A stretch of DNA of 61,310 nt from Bacteroidales bacterium (GCA_007129355.1 SKVR01000219.1:1-61310); one strand, 5' to 3'. Positions 17,037 to 26,166 are shown, numbered from the stretch's first letter. Notes: generated by a model from the letters alone, not told the origin. Translations and numbers: made by a program.

Positions 17037-17120
17037 ATGTCAGCTATAACTCTTAATTCGATCAGTGTTGTTTCAGAAATGACTACTCTTTATAGTAAAA
17101 AACAGGTGATATTTATCTTT

Positions 17121-18350
17121 TCAGAAAATATCAGGATAGATCAGGTAAGGTTTTCTCATATCAATGAATTCCCGAAGACCTTCTTGCCAGTTTTCCCTGA
17201 TCTCATTCTCGGTCATACCATTCATGATCTGTTTCCTCAGCTTTGCGTTACCTGCCAATCTCTCAAAGGAATTGATAAAAAAGTTTTCCTTATCGGGAAA
17301 ATGTTTCCAGGCATGCAACAGCGGTTGTAGATCAATTTTTGATATTTCCATTAGCTTTTCTGGGTTGGCAGTTCTCATATCCACTCCAAAACATAGTTTT
17401 CCTTCCTGCGGCGGATATACTGATTCTCTGCGGCTCCGAGGTGTAAACGTAAATGAAAACTCATTTGAAGGAAGGTCAGGATGGCCATAAAGCTGGAACG
17501 GGAAATCTGTTCCCCTTCCTACACTTAATACAGTGCCCTCCATCAGGCATAAACCCGGATAAAGCATAATACTGGTCATGTTGGGAAGATTGGGAGACGG
17601 AGGTACAGGTAGTTCATACCACAATTGCCGATGGTAGTTTTTCACCGGCACAATCTGAAGTTCACATTTCAGCCCCTCAGCCAGCCAGCCCTGCCCGTTC
17701 ACCATTTGAGCATATTCAGCAACCGTCATTCCATGTACAATGGGTACTGGATGCAAACCCACAAACGTTGAATGTTGCTTCTCCAGGATGGGTCCGTCCA
17801 CAAAATGCCCGTTGGGATTGGGGCGATCCAGTATGAGCATGGGAACACCTTGCCGGGCTGCTTCTGCCATGACGTAACTCATGGTAGAAATGTAGGTATA
17901 GAAACGTGTGCCCACATCCTGGATGTCAAAAATAATCAGGTCAAGATCCATGATATCTTTGGGATCCGGACGTCGACTGGTACCATACAAACTTACCACA
18001 GAAACTCCTGTCAAGGGATCTCTACCACTCTCAACCCGCTGCCCGTCAGCCGCTTCACCACGGAAACCATGCTCCGGACTGAACACCCGCAGCAAATTAA
18101 AGCCCGATGCCAGCAATGTATCCACAAGATGTACATCACCAACCATCGAGCTGTGATTACCTACCAGTGCAATGGACTTACCCTCGAGTATAGGGAAATA
18201 TTCGTGTGTTTGCCATGCTCCGGGCATGATGACAGGATTTTCTTTTGCCTGTAGTTGACCTGCATTACCATCCAGATTTTTTTCTGTAGCCATGGAGCAG
18301 GCAAACAGTGAGAAAACTAAAATCCAGACTAAGTACAAATTAAGATTCAT
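17121..18350 (-). CDS. DUF1343 family protein (exo-beta-N-acetylmuramidase NamZ-like), lipoprotein
   Basis: 409 aa. Lipobox VFSLFACS. The segments VFSPEHGFRG, IIFDIQDVGTRFYTYISTM and LDRPNP are as I remember them for DUF1343/NamZ. Confidence 0.8.
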   Translation of the reverse strand: MNLNLYLVWILVFSLFACSMATEKNLDGNAGQLQAKENPVIMPGAWQTHEYFPILEGKSIALVGNHSSMVGDVHLVDTLLASGFNLLRVFSPEHGFRGEAADGQRVESGRDPLTGVSVVSLYGTSRRPDPKDIMDLDLIIFDIQDVGTRFYTYISTMSYVMAEAARQGVPMLILDRPNPNGHFVDGPILEKQHSTFVGLHPVPIVHGMTVAEYAQMVNGQGWLAEGLKCELQIVPVKNYHRQLWYELPVPPSPNLPNMTSIMLYPGLCLMEGTVLSVGRGTDFPFQLYGHPDLPSNEFSFTFTPRSRRESVYPPQEGKLCFGVDMRTANPEKLMEISKIDLQPLLHAWKHFPDKENFFINSFERLAGNAKLRKQIMNGMTENEIRENWQEGLREFIDMRKPYLIYPDIF

Positions 18351-18378
18351 AGGTTAAATGCTAAGATTGAGTTAAACA

Positions 18379-19914
18379 TCAAAATCCAAACTGAATTCCC
18401 TGCGCAAGGGGTAGGTCGGTACTGTAATTGATGGTATTGGTTTGCCGGCGCATGTAACTTTTCCAAGAATCAGAACCTGATTCACGACCGCCGCCAGTAT
18501 CTTTTTCACCGCCAAAAGCACCCCCGATCTCGGCACCTGATGTACCAATGTTCACATTGGCAATACCGCAGTCGGAGCCGGCTTCGGAAAGGAATAATTC
18601 TGCTTCACGCAGATTTTCGGTAAATATACCAGATGATAAGCCCTGGGGCACACCATTGTTAAGCGCAATTGCTTCCTCAATGGTTTTATATTTCAGGATG
18701 TAAAGGATGGGCGCAAAAGTTTCTTCCTGCACAATTTCATAATGATTTTGAGCTTCTACTAGTGCAGGTACTACATAATGGCAAAAGGAGCGGTTTTCAC
18801 AATCATATGAAGTACCTCCGAACAGTACTTTTCCACCTTCTTCTTTCACTTTTTTGATGGCGTTGAGAAAATCACCTACTGCCCCTTCAGAAATCAAAGG
18901 ACCCACCAGTGTTTCCTTATCCAGCGGATTACCAATCTTTCTGGAAACACTTTGGTAAGCAATCTTCAGCTTTTCAACCACCTGATCATAAATGCTTTCG
19001 TGCACAATGATACGCCTGGTAGATGTGCAGCGCTGGCCTGCAGTTCCAACGGCACCAAACACCACTGACTTGATGGCCATTTCCAGGTTGGCACTGGGAG
19101 CTACAATAACTGCATTGTTACCTCCAAGTTCCAAAATCGAACGCCCTAGTCGCGCACCGATGATACCCGACAGTTTTTTCCCCACTGCCGTAGAACCTGT
19201 TATTGAAAACAGCGGAATCCGGCGATCGGCAACAAAATTAACGCCCAATACCGAAGAGCTGGCAACTATAAGATTGAAAACACCTTCGGGCACATTATTT
19301 TCTTTGAGCACTCCGGCAATGATCTTTTGTGTGGCAATGGCAGTAAGCGGAGTTTTAGAACTGGGTTTCCATACCACCACATCACCGCAAACAGCAGCAA
19401 CCATGGCATTCCACGCCCAAACTGCCACCGGAAAATTGAAAGAGGTAATCAAGCCAACAATTCCCAAAGGTTGATACTGGTCATACATGCGATGTTGTTT
19501 GCGCTCAGAGTGCATGGTAAAACCATTGAGCAGGCGGCTCTGTCCTACAGCAAAATCGCAGATATCGATCATCTCCTGAACTTCACCCAGGCCTTCCTCG
19601 TAGATTTTACCCATTTCAAGCGTTACCAGGTAACCCAGATCTTCCTTGTGTTCGCGTAATTTATTTCCAATCAAACGTACTACCTCTCCCCTTTTGGGAG
19701 CAGGAACTTCCCGCCATATTTTAAAGGCTTCATCCGCTTTTCTGATAATGGTTTCATAATCATCCAGCGAAGCCGTCTGAACACTGGCAATGGGTTTGTT
19801 ATTGATAGGTGAAACGGATACATTTTCCTTTCCGTTTGCTTGCAGCCAGACGCTACCCGTGCATACTCCTGAGTTCATTTCTTTAATACCCAGACGCTTC
19901 AGGATTTCCTTCAT
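18379..19914 (-). CDS. ALDH7-type aldehyde dehydrogenase (alpha-aminoadipic semialdehyde / piperideine-6-carboxylate dehydrogenase)
   Basis: 511 aa. ELGGNNA, GTAGQRCTSTRR (catalytic Cys). The C-terminal block GSDCGIANVNIGTSGAEIGGAFGGEKDTGGGRESGSDSWKSYMRRQTNTINYS..LPLAQGIQF is nearly colinear with antiquitin/ALDH7A1 as I remember it. Confidence 0.88.
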   Translation of the reverse strand: MKEILKRLGIKEMNSGVCTGSVWLQANGKENVSVSPINNKPIASVQTASLDDYETIIRKADEAFKIWREVPAPKRGEVVRLIGNKLREHKEDLGYLVTLEMGKIYEEGLGEVQEMIDICDFAVGQSRLLNGFTMHSERKQHRMYDQYQPLGIVGLITSFNFPVAVWAWNAMVAAVCGDVVVWKPSSKTPLTAIATQKIIAGVLKENNVPEGVFNLIVASSSVLGVNFVADRRIPLFSITGSTAVGKKLSGIIGARLGRSILELGGNNAVIVAPSANLEMAIKSVVFGAVGTAGQRCTSTRRIIVHESIYDQVVEKLKIAYQSVSRKIGNPLDKETLVGPLISEGAVGDFLNAIKKVKEEGGKVLFGGTSYDCENRSFCHYVVPALVEAQNHYEIVQEETFAPILYILKYKTIEEAIALNNGVPQGLSSGIFTENLREAELFLSEAGSDCGIANVNIGTSGAEIGGAFGGEKDTGGGRESGSDSWKSYMRRQTNTINYSTDLPLAQGIQFGF

Positions 19915-20045
19915 AAAAATTAAATTTGATTGTGATTTGCAATTGTTTTTAAGTTCAGATTTCGGATAAAAATCCTTTAAAAACTGTAAAGTTAGTACTT
20001 TAAAAAATTGATGGGAAGTTTATTTTTTCTATCGTTATAGGGCTG

Positions 20046-20176
20046 TCTCAAAAGGCTAAAATTACCCGGACGCTGAGCCTGTCGAAGCGTAAAGTAGCCT
20101 TATATACAGATGTCGCTTCGACAAGTGCTACAGTGAGTTAATCGAACTGCTCAACGACCAGATAGCCCTTTTGAGA
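20046..20176. repeat. nested inverted-repeat element (about 130 bp)
   Basis: Outer 10-bp arms are tctcaaaagg (20046-20055) and ccttttgaga (20167-20176). Inner 9-bp arms are gtcgaagcg (20081-20089) and cgcttcgac (20114-20122). Confidence 0.75.
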
Positions 20177-20301
20177 AGGCATTTCTCATTTGACCTTTAA
20201 ATATGGTTGATTTTTAACGAATTCAATTATTAATCCGCCATCTATCCCAGCCCATCAGGGTGGAATAGCGATAGGAAAACATAACCCCACCGATTCCCTG
20301 G

Positions 20302-20357
20302 CCACCCCGGCGGGGTGGAATAAAACAGATAACAAACTATCACACCCCGCTGGGGTG
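20302..20357. repeat. REP-like GC hairpins
   Basis: ccacccc-ggc-ggggtgg (20302-20318) and cacccc-gct-ggggtg (20343-20357). A weaker copy, cccatcagggtgg, lies at 20251-20263. The word gggtggaata follows the weaker copy and the 20302-20318 hairpin. Confidence 0.7.
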
Positions 20358-20524
20358 CCTGTTCATCTATCTATATTCTTTTTATCGCTATGCGCCTTCT
20401 CCGAAGGATTTTTGAAACCAAATTGCTCAATTATCCTATAAACCAATAACTTACTTCCCTTAACAACATATTTACTTATTTTCCCCATTTTCCAATAAAC
20501 CTCATAACTCAGGGGATTTTTTAC

Positions 20525-20532
20525 TAATTTTG
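20525..20532 (+). promoter_or_regulatory. -7 box TAATTTTG upstream of the 20552 gene
   Basis: Exact TAnnTTTG match 20 nt upstream of the ATG. Confidence 0.4.
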
Positions 20533-20551
20533 GCTCCCGTATAAAAAGATC

Positions 20552-21109
20552 ATGAAAAGCATTCTTATAAACTACCCGGTTAAATATATCATCATCGCAG
20601 TACAAAAACCAATTATAGCTATATGGTTTCTATTGCTGATGATGTTTTCTTCCTGTCTGAATGAAGAAATCTGTGAAGATATGAGCACTGTGCCTGTTAG
20701 GATCGGATTTTATTTTGATGATCCAAACCAGGACCAGCCGGTAATGCTTGCATTCGATAGTCTGAAGGTACAGGGAGTTGGTAACGATTCCATAATTTAT
20801 GATTACCGCTACAATGTAAGCCGCATTGAACTACCCCTGAATTCCAATGTTGACAGCTCTGCATTTTTAATTTATTATCCTGCACCGCCCGAAATTGCCC
20901 ATCTTGTTGTGGATACGTTGCGGTTCTTTTATAATGTTAAGCCTACGCTAATTTCCATGGATTGCGGATTTGTCAGTTTTTTCGAACTCAAAGAAGTCAG
21001 GCACAGCCGCATGATGATCGATAGTATTTCAATAGAAGAAACATCAATAATAAACAACTTTGAAGAACATATTAAAATATTTCCTTTTTTTGATGATGGT
21101 GACCTTTAG
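20552..21109 (+). CDS. hypothetical lipoprotein (possibly DUF6452-like)
   Basis: 185 aa with a hydrophobic N-terminus and lipobox LLMMFSSC. The family name is from memory of Bacteroidota annotations only. Confidence 0.55.
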   Translation: MKSILINYPVKYIIIAVQKPIIAIWFLLLMMFSSCLNEEICEDMSTVPVRIGFYFDDPNQDQPVMLAFDSLKVQGVGNDSIIYDYRYNVSRIELPLNSNVDSSAFLIYYPAPPEIAHLVVDTLRFFYNVKPTLISMDCGFVSFFELKEVRHSRMMIDSISIEETSIINNFEEHIKIFPFFDDGDL

Positions 21110-21740
21110 TGTTGCTCTCAGTGCTCAGGATGAAAACATAACCGATACACTTACAAAAGATTTTGACATCAAACCTTCTGTAAGGCTTGGTTTTGATGTT
21201 TCGGCCATCGGCAGGTCTATTTATGAGCCGGAGGTAAGACAACTGGAATTTTCACTGGACTCAGAACTCTTAAGAAACTGGTTCTTCAACCTGGAAGCAG
21301 GCATGATGCAAGTAAGATCAGAGCAGGAAACTTTCAGTTATTCATCCAATGGTTATTTTTTACGCACAGGGGCTGACTTCAACATCCTGGGTCGACCTGA
21401 TGAACAACAAAATGATCTTGTACTTTTAGGTTTACGCTACGCCTATAGTTTTCTTCAACATGATGCACCCTATTTTTTTCTTGAAAACCCTTACTGGGGA
21501 GAACACTCAGGAAGCATTGCTCAAACGGCTTATCACACTCACTGGATGGAACTTACCGGAGGAGTAAGAGCCGAAGTTTTTCAAAATCTATTTTTGGGGT
21601 GGATGCTCAGAACCAAAGTGCCGCTTTTCAGAACCAGAGAACCTGAAATTGAACCTTATTATATTCCAGGTTTTGGTCATGGAAAAAGAAGCAGCCCGGT
21701 AACTATACACTTTTCTGTTTACTACCGCTTTGATTTTTAG
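21060..21740 (+). CDS. hypothetical outer-membrane beta-barrel protein (possibly DUF6048-like)
   Basis: 226 aa. TTG start gives a clean signal peptide MKNILKYFLFLMMVTFSVALSAQ. C-terminus ..YYRFDF. Overlaps the upstream gene by 50 nt in another frame. Confidence 0.55.
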   Translation: MKNILKYFLFLMMVTFSVALSAQDENITDTLTKDFDIKPSVRLGFDVSAIGRSIYEPEVRQLEFSLDSELLRNWFFNLEAGMMQVRSEQETFSYSSNGYFLRTGADFNILGRPDEQQNDLVLLGLRYAYSFLQHDAPYFFLENPYWGEHSGSIAQTAYHTHWMELTGGVRAEVFQNLFLGWMLRTKVPLFRTREPEIEPYYIPGFGHGKRSSPVTIHFSVYYRFDF

Positions 21741-21746
21741 AAATCT

Positions 21747-22343
21747 TTATTTATGGGTGGCTTTAATGTATTCAAGTAAAATGGCATTGAGTTCTGATAG
21801 CTGTGTTTCTGAAACATGAAGTTTTTCATTGATTTCCTGTAACTCTTTATTCTTTTCTTCAATGGTTTGGTAAGCTTTCTGAGCATCGTCTCTTGCAGCC
21901 TGAAGTTCTTCAATCAATTCTTTTGTTGGCGAAATATCTTTAAAAATACAAAATAAACTCTCCTGTACCTTACTTTCTGAATCTAACTGGGGTGTTAGTG
22001 TAATACTGACATGTTTATAATGTAGTCTTTCGGTCTTTAAATATATCTCCATTGTAAATCTGTCTCCCTCATCCAGCTTCCCAGCCATATCCATGAGTTT
22101 TTCCATTTCATTGTCTGATGCCATAAATTCAGATAAGTTTCGCTTTTCCAGATGAGTTGTTTCGAAAATTTCAGCCATGGCCTTATTGCAAAGCACAAAA
22201 TCGTACGTAGGGTCAATAATGCCAATGCCTTCTCCAAGTTTTTCAATGAAATTGCACAGCTTGTCCTCTTGTTCGGCAAAGCTATTGCCGAAATATTTTT
22301 TTTCAATAATTTGTCCAGTATAAAAAATTTCCTTACCCCTCAT
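21747..22343 (-). CDS. stand-alone PAS domain protein with C-terminal coiled coil
   Basis: About 198 aa from the ATG at 22343 (the ORF track offers a TTG at 22397). PAS-like core GIGIIDPTYDFVLCNKAMAEIFE .. FCIFKDISPTKE, then heptad-rich ELQAARDDAQKAYQTIEEKNKELQEINEKL. No output domain. Confidence 0.65.
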   Translation of the reverse strand: MRGKEIFYTGQIIEKKYFGNSFAEQEDKLCNFIEKLGEGIGIIDPTYDFVLCNKAMAEIFETTHLEKRNLSEFMASDNEMEKLMDMAGKLDEGDRFTMEIYLKTERLHYKHVSITLTPQLDSESKVQESLFCIFKDISPTKELIEELQAARDDAQKAYQTIEEKNKELQEINEKLHVSETQLSELNAILLEYIKATHK

Positions 22344-22691
22344 ACTCAAAATCAATGGATTAATTTTTATAGGAAGTATTGACAACAAAAAATTCAATCT
22401 TTAAAAGAACTAATAAGGATTGAATAACGATATGCTAAACTTACTTACATAATTGGAGAATATTTATAAACTATAATCATATACCTTCAAAATAACAAAC
22501 AAAAGGATTTTTTATCCGATTTATCTACGGCTTTAGCCATGTATTTTTTAAATTAAGTAAATAATACATGAAACAAAAAGTTATTAACACAGCAAATTAA
22601 TCACCTAAGTTTGATTATCTAAACGTTATATATTTTTTCTTTCCAGTGCAAAATACCGTAATATACGGATATTGCATCTGGATTCTTTTTC

Positions 22692-22699
22692 TATTTTTG
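22692..22699 (+). promoter_or_regulatory. -7 box TATTTTTG upstream of the sensor cyclase
   Basis: Exact TAnnTTTG match 23 nt upstream of the TTG start at 22722. A 13-bp inverted repeat, ccgtaATAtacgg, lies at 22656-22668. Confidence 0.35.
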
Positions 22700-22721
22700 G
22701 TCGCCACTAACAATTTTAATA

Positions 22722-25700
22722 TTGAAAATAACTGTAAAACGATACCATAAAACAATTGCACTTGGTATATTCAGTTTTCTGACTATTTTACTCCACCATG
22801 GTGTTTTTGCATTTCAGGGTATTCCAACCATGATGAATTACCATCATTCGGAATATCGGGCTGAAACTCAAAACTGGTCAGTGGTTCAGAACAACAAAGG
22901 ATTAATATATATAGCCAATTTAGGCGGAATACTTGAATTTGACGGTAACTCCTGGCGATTGATCACTCTTCCCGGAAACAAATATGTAACATCACTTGCC
23001 ATTGATGAAAATGGTGTAATTTATGTTGGCAGCCATAGCGAATTTGGTATGCTTAAACCCGACTCAAAAGGCTTTCTGCATTATCATTCACTCCTTGATT
23101 TTTTCTCTGAAGAACACAGAGAATTCTCATTTATCTGGCATATTGAACCTACATCTGACGGAATATTCTTCTCTAATTACGATAATCTTTTTCGTTTTAA
23201 AGATGATTCAATAAGTGTTTGGGAATACAGCAGATTTAGCAACATCTTTAGGGTTAAAGACCAAATAATGGTTTATGATAATGATGATAAAAAAGGATTG
23301 ATGTATCTGAGTAATGACAGTTTAATCCGATTTAAAGATTCTGATGTATTGGCAGGGTTGAATATTTCCGGTATATATCCTTTCAACGAAACAAACTTAT
23401 TGGTTTATAGTCCCAAAACCGGCTTTTTCAGCATCAATGATGTTATAACAAATCCCGGACTCAATTTTGAACCTGTAGCCTTACCAAACCAGGATGCATT
23501 TACTTTTCTGAAAGAAAACCAGTTTACCCATGGCCAAAAACTGAAAAGCGGCAATTATGCTTTTGCTACCTTAAAAGCAGGTGTAATTGTTATGGATAAA
23601 ACCGGTACTATTCTGTCTGTTATTAATGAAAATATCGGGTTACAGAACGAAACTGTAAACTATATTTTTGAAGATCGCGATGAAGTTCTTTGGCTTGCTT
23701 TAGATAACGGCCTTAGCACAGTAAATCTTAATCTTGGAATCACTTACTGGAGTGGCCAATATGGTACAAGAGGTTCTGTATTGACCATAAACAGACTTAA
23801 CGAACATATGTACGCAGGCACCTGGCAAGGGCTTTACAGGCTTAACACCACAAGCAATCTCACAGAAATTGCCGTTAAGAAAAACCTGGATTTTTCGGGT
23901 CGTTTTGAAAATATTGAAGAGATTAGGGGAATTACATGGCACCTTAACCCCATAAAAAACTCTGAGAATGAAACGATTTCCCTGCTGGTATCAACCAATG
24001 AAGGACTTTTTTGTATTGATGAAAATCAAGATGTTAAACAATTGGATGAAGGTCATTTTTATTACACGCTTCAATCTGAAATAGACCCCGGTATAATTCT
24101 TGCCGCCGGGGGTGTGGGCTTAAATATATACAAATTGAGCCCGGAATGTAAATCTCTGGTATTACTGGCAAAGTTTCCCGATTTAAAACATTATGAAATT
24201 TACCAAATCACTGAAGATGAAAACCTGAAATTCTGGTTAACCCACAGAAGTGAAGGTATTTCATCTCTGAAAATCTCAAAAAACCTGCAATCTTCCGGAA
24301 ATAAAACAAATATTGAAAAATCTGATTATAGTTACCAGTTTAAACATTATAATTCCAATCATGGATTGCCTTCAGGTATAAACCTTGAGACATTCAAGTT
24401 TGAAGAAAATATTTTCTTTATTTCAGATGTGGGAATCATGAAATTTATCCCCGATGTTCAAACTGGTATTAGATCATTCCGGAGAATGAACTATTTTGCC
24501 GACCACCTTTTACAAAATTACATATCGGTAAAATTTATCGAGAATATAAATGACCATAATATCTGGATACAATTGCATAAAAAGCATAACAGAAAGAAAA
24601 AAGTAATGAAGCTTGCCTTCGATCACGAAAAAAGCCGGTTTATAATTAAAGATAACAGTTATGACTTCTTATCTGGTGTCACGATTAAAGATTTGTATTA
24701 TGACAGAGAAACCCGTGAATCCTGGATTGCAGCTGATGACATTATATATAAACTGGGACATGAAAAAGAAACTAAAAATATCAATCTGAGCTGTTTTATT
24801 AGAAGAGTTGATGTAAATAACAGGGAATATCTTGGAGGAAAAAGATTGATTCAACAAAATGAGATAAAGCAGAAACCTGATTTTTCTTACAAAGAAAATA
24901 ATTTCTATTTCCGATTCGCTGCCACCAATTATATATTCCCTGCTCATACAGTATACTCAAGCAGGCTTAAAGGAATGGGAAAGAACTGGAGCCCATGGAC
25001 AACTCAGCCATCAAGACTGTTTACTAACCTTAAACCTGGTGATTATACTTTTATGGTTAAGGCACGTAATGCCTTTGGAAATGAAAGTAATGTGGAAACT
25101 TTCAGTTTCAAAATCAAAAAACCCTGGTATACAACAACTACAGCATTAATAGTTTATTTTGTACTGCTTGCTTTTATTGTTTGGGGTATTGTAAGACTGG
25201 TCAACAAACAATTATTCATCATTAAAAAAAGGCTCGAGGAAAGAATTCAGGAAAGAACCCGCGAAATTGAGGAAAAAAAACAACAGCTTGAGGCAGAAAA
25301 GAAAAAGTCGGACCAGCTTCTGCAAAATATTTTACCCGCAAAAATTGCCGAAGAGCTTAAAGCAAATGGCAATGTAAGGGTGCAATATTACGATCTGGCA
25401 ACCATTATGTTCCTTGACTTTAAAGATTTCTCCAAGATATCGCAGTTTATAAGTCCATTAACACTTATCAATGAGCTGAATAATTGCTTTACTAAGTTTG
25501 ATGAAATAGCTAAAAGACATCGACTTGAAAAAATAAAAACCATTGGCGATGCATACATGTGCGCGGGGGGAGTTCCTGAGCAAAATGAGACCAATCCGTT
25601 CGATACCATTCTGGCCGCTTTTGAAATTCTGAGTTTTGTTAAAATAGCCGAAGAAAACCAGTGGCTTAGTGAAGTAAGAATTGGAATTCACACAGGAGAA

Positions 25701-26012
25701 ATTCTGGCAGGAGTTATAGGAAAAAACAAATTTGCATACGATATTTGGGGAGAAGCCGTTAATACTGCCAGCAGGATGGAAACATCAAGTGAAGCCGGAA
25801 GAATAAATATTTCAGGTGAAACCTACGAACTAGTCAGAGATTTTTTTGACTGCGAATATAGAGGGAAGCTGGAAGCCAAGCACAAAAATCAGTTTGACAT
25901 GTATTATGTTTTTAGAATCAAAAAGGAATACAGCAAAGATGAAGAAGGATTGTTTCCCAATGATCTTTTCTGGCAAAATCTTAATGCACAACTTAATATG
26001 GCAGAAGTTTAA
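22722..26012 (+). CDS. membrane sensor with periplasmic propeller/Y_Y_Y domain fused to a class III adenylate cyclase
   Basis: 1096 aa with an N-terminal anchor or signal (IALGIFSFLTILL). The extracytoplasmic region of about 750 aa ends in a Y_Y_Y-like block (FRFAATNYIFPAHTVYSSRLKGMGKNWSPW..GDYTFMVKARN). Then a TM helix (ALIVYFVLLAFIVWGIV), a coiled coil, LLQNILPAKIAEELK, and a cyclase core with FLDFKDFS, IKTIGDAYM, YDIWGEAVNTASRME. Confidence 0.85.
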   Translation: MKITVKRYHKTIALGIFSFLTILLHHGVFAFQGIPTMMNYHHSEYRAETQNWSVVQNNKGLIYIANLGGILEFDGNSWRLITLPGNKYVTSLAIDENGVIYVGSHSEFGMLKPDSKGFLHYHSLLDFFSEEHREFSFIWHIEPTSDGIFFSNYDNLFRFKDDSISVWEYSRFSNIFRVKDQIMVYDNDDKKGLMYLSNDSLIRFKDSDVLAGLNISGIYPFNETNLLVYSPKTGFFSINDVITNPGLNFEPVALPNQDAFTFLKENQFTHGQKLKSGNYAFATLKAGVIVMDKTGTILSVINENIGLQNETVNYIFEDRDEVLWLALDNGLSTVNLNLGITYWSGQYGTRGSVLTINRLNEHMYAGTWQGLYRLNTTSNLTEIAVKKNLDFSGRFENIEEIRGITWHLNPIKNSENETISLLVSTNEGLFCIDENQDVKQLDEGHFYYTLQSEIDPGIILAAGGVGLNIYKLSPECKSLVLLAKFPDLKHYEIYQITEDENLKFWLTHRSEGISSLKISKNLQSSGNKTNIEKSDYSYQFKHYNSNHGLPSGINLETFKFEENIFFISDVGIMKFIPDVQTGIRSFRRMNYFADHLLQNYISVKFIENINDHNIWIQLHKKHNRKKKVMKLAFDHEKSRFIIKDNSYDFLSGVTIKDLYYDRETRESWIAADDIIYKLGHEKETKNINLSCFIRRVDVNNREYLGGKRLIQQNEIKQKPDFSYKENNFYFRFAATNYIFPAHTVYSSRLKGMGKNWSPWTTQPSRLFTNLKPGDYTFMVKARNAFGNESNVETFSFKIKKPWYTTTTALIVYFVLLAFIVWGIVRLVNKQLFIIKKRLEERIQERTREIEEKKQQLEAEKKKSDQLLQNILPAKIAEELKANGNVRVQYYDLATIMFLDFKDFSKISQFISPLTLINELNNCFTKFDEIAKRHRLEKIKTIGDAYMCAGGVPEQNETNPFDTILAAFEILSFVKIAEENQWLSEVRIGIHTGEILAGVIGKNKFAYDIWGEAVNTASRMETSSEAGRINISGETYELVRDFFDCEYRGKLEAKHKNQFDMYYVFRIKKEYSKDEEGLFPNDLFWQNLNAQLNMAEV

Positions 26013-26123
26013 AATTCATAAACAAACTGTTCCATGTTTACAATAAAAATTAATTTGAATGCCTGACAAAATATATTTTTTTAAAAATAGATGCAATTAC
26101 GGATATAGAACCATCATAATACT

Positions 26124-26131
26124 TATTTTTG
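26124..26131 (+). promoter_or_regulatory. -7 box TATTTTTG upstream of the HD gene
   Basis: Exact TAnnTTTG match 36 nt upstream of the ATG at 26167. Confidence 0.35.
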
Positions 26132-26166
26132 AAGTGATTTAAAAACTCAATATTTTTCTCAAAAAA

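Noticed and set aside
20363-20605. 80-aa minus-strand ORF as a functional gene
   Set aside because: It starts at TTG directly after an in-frame stop. It overlaps the predicted TAATTTTG box and the first 54 nt of the 20552 gene, and it has no clear family match. It is kept only as a possible transposase relic in the findings.
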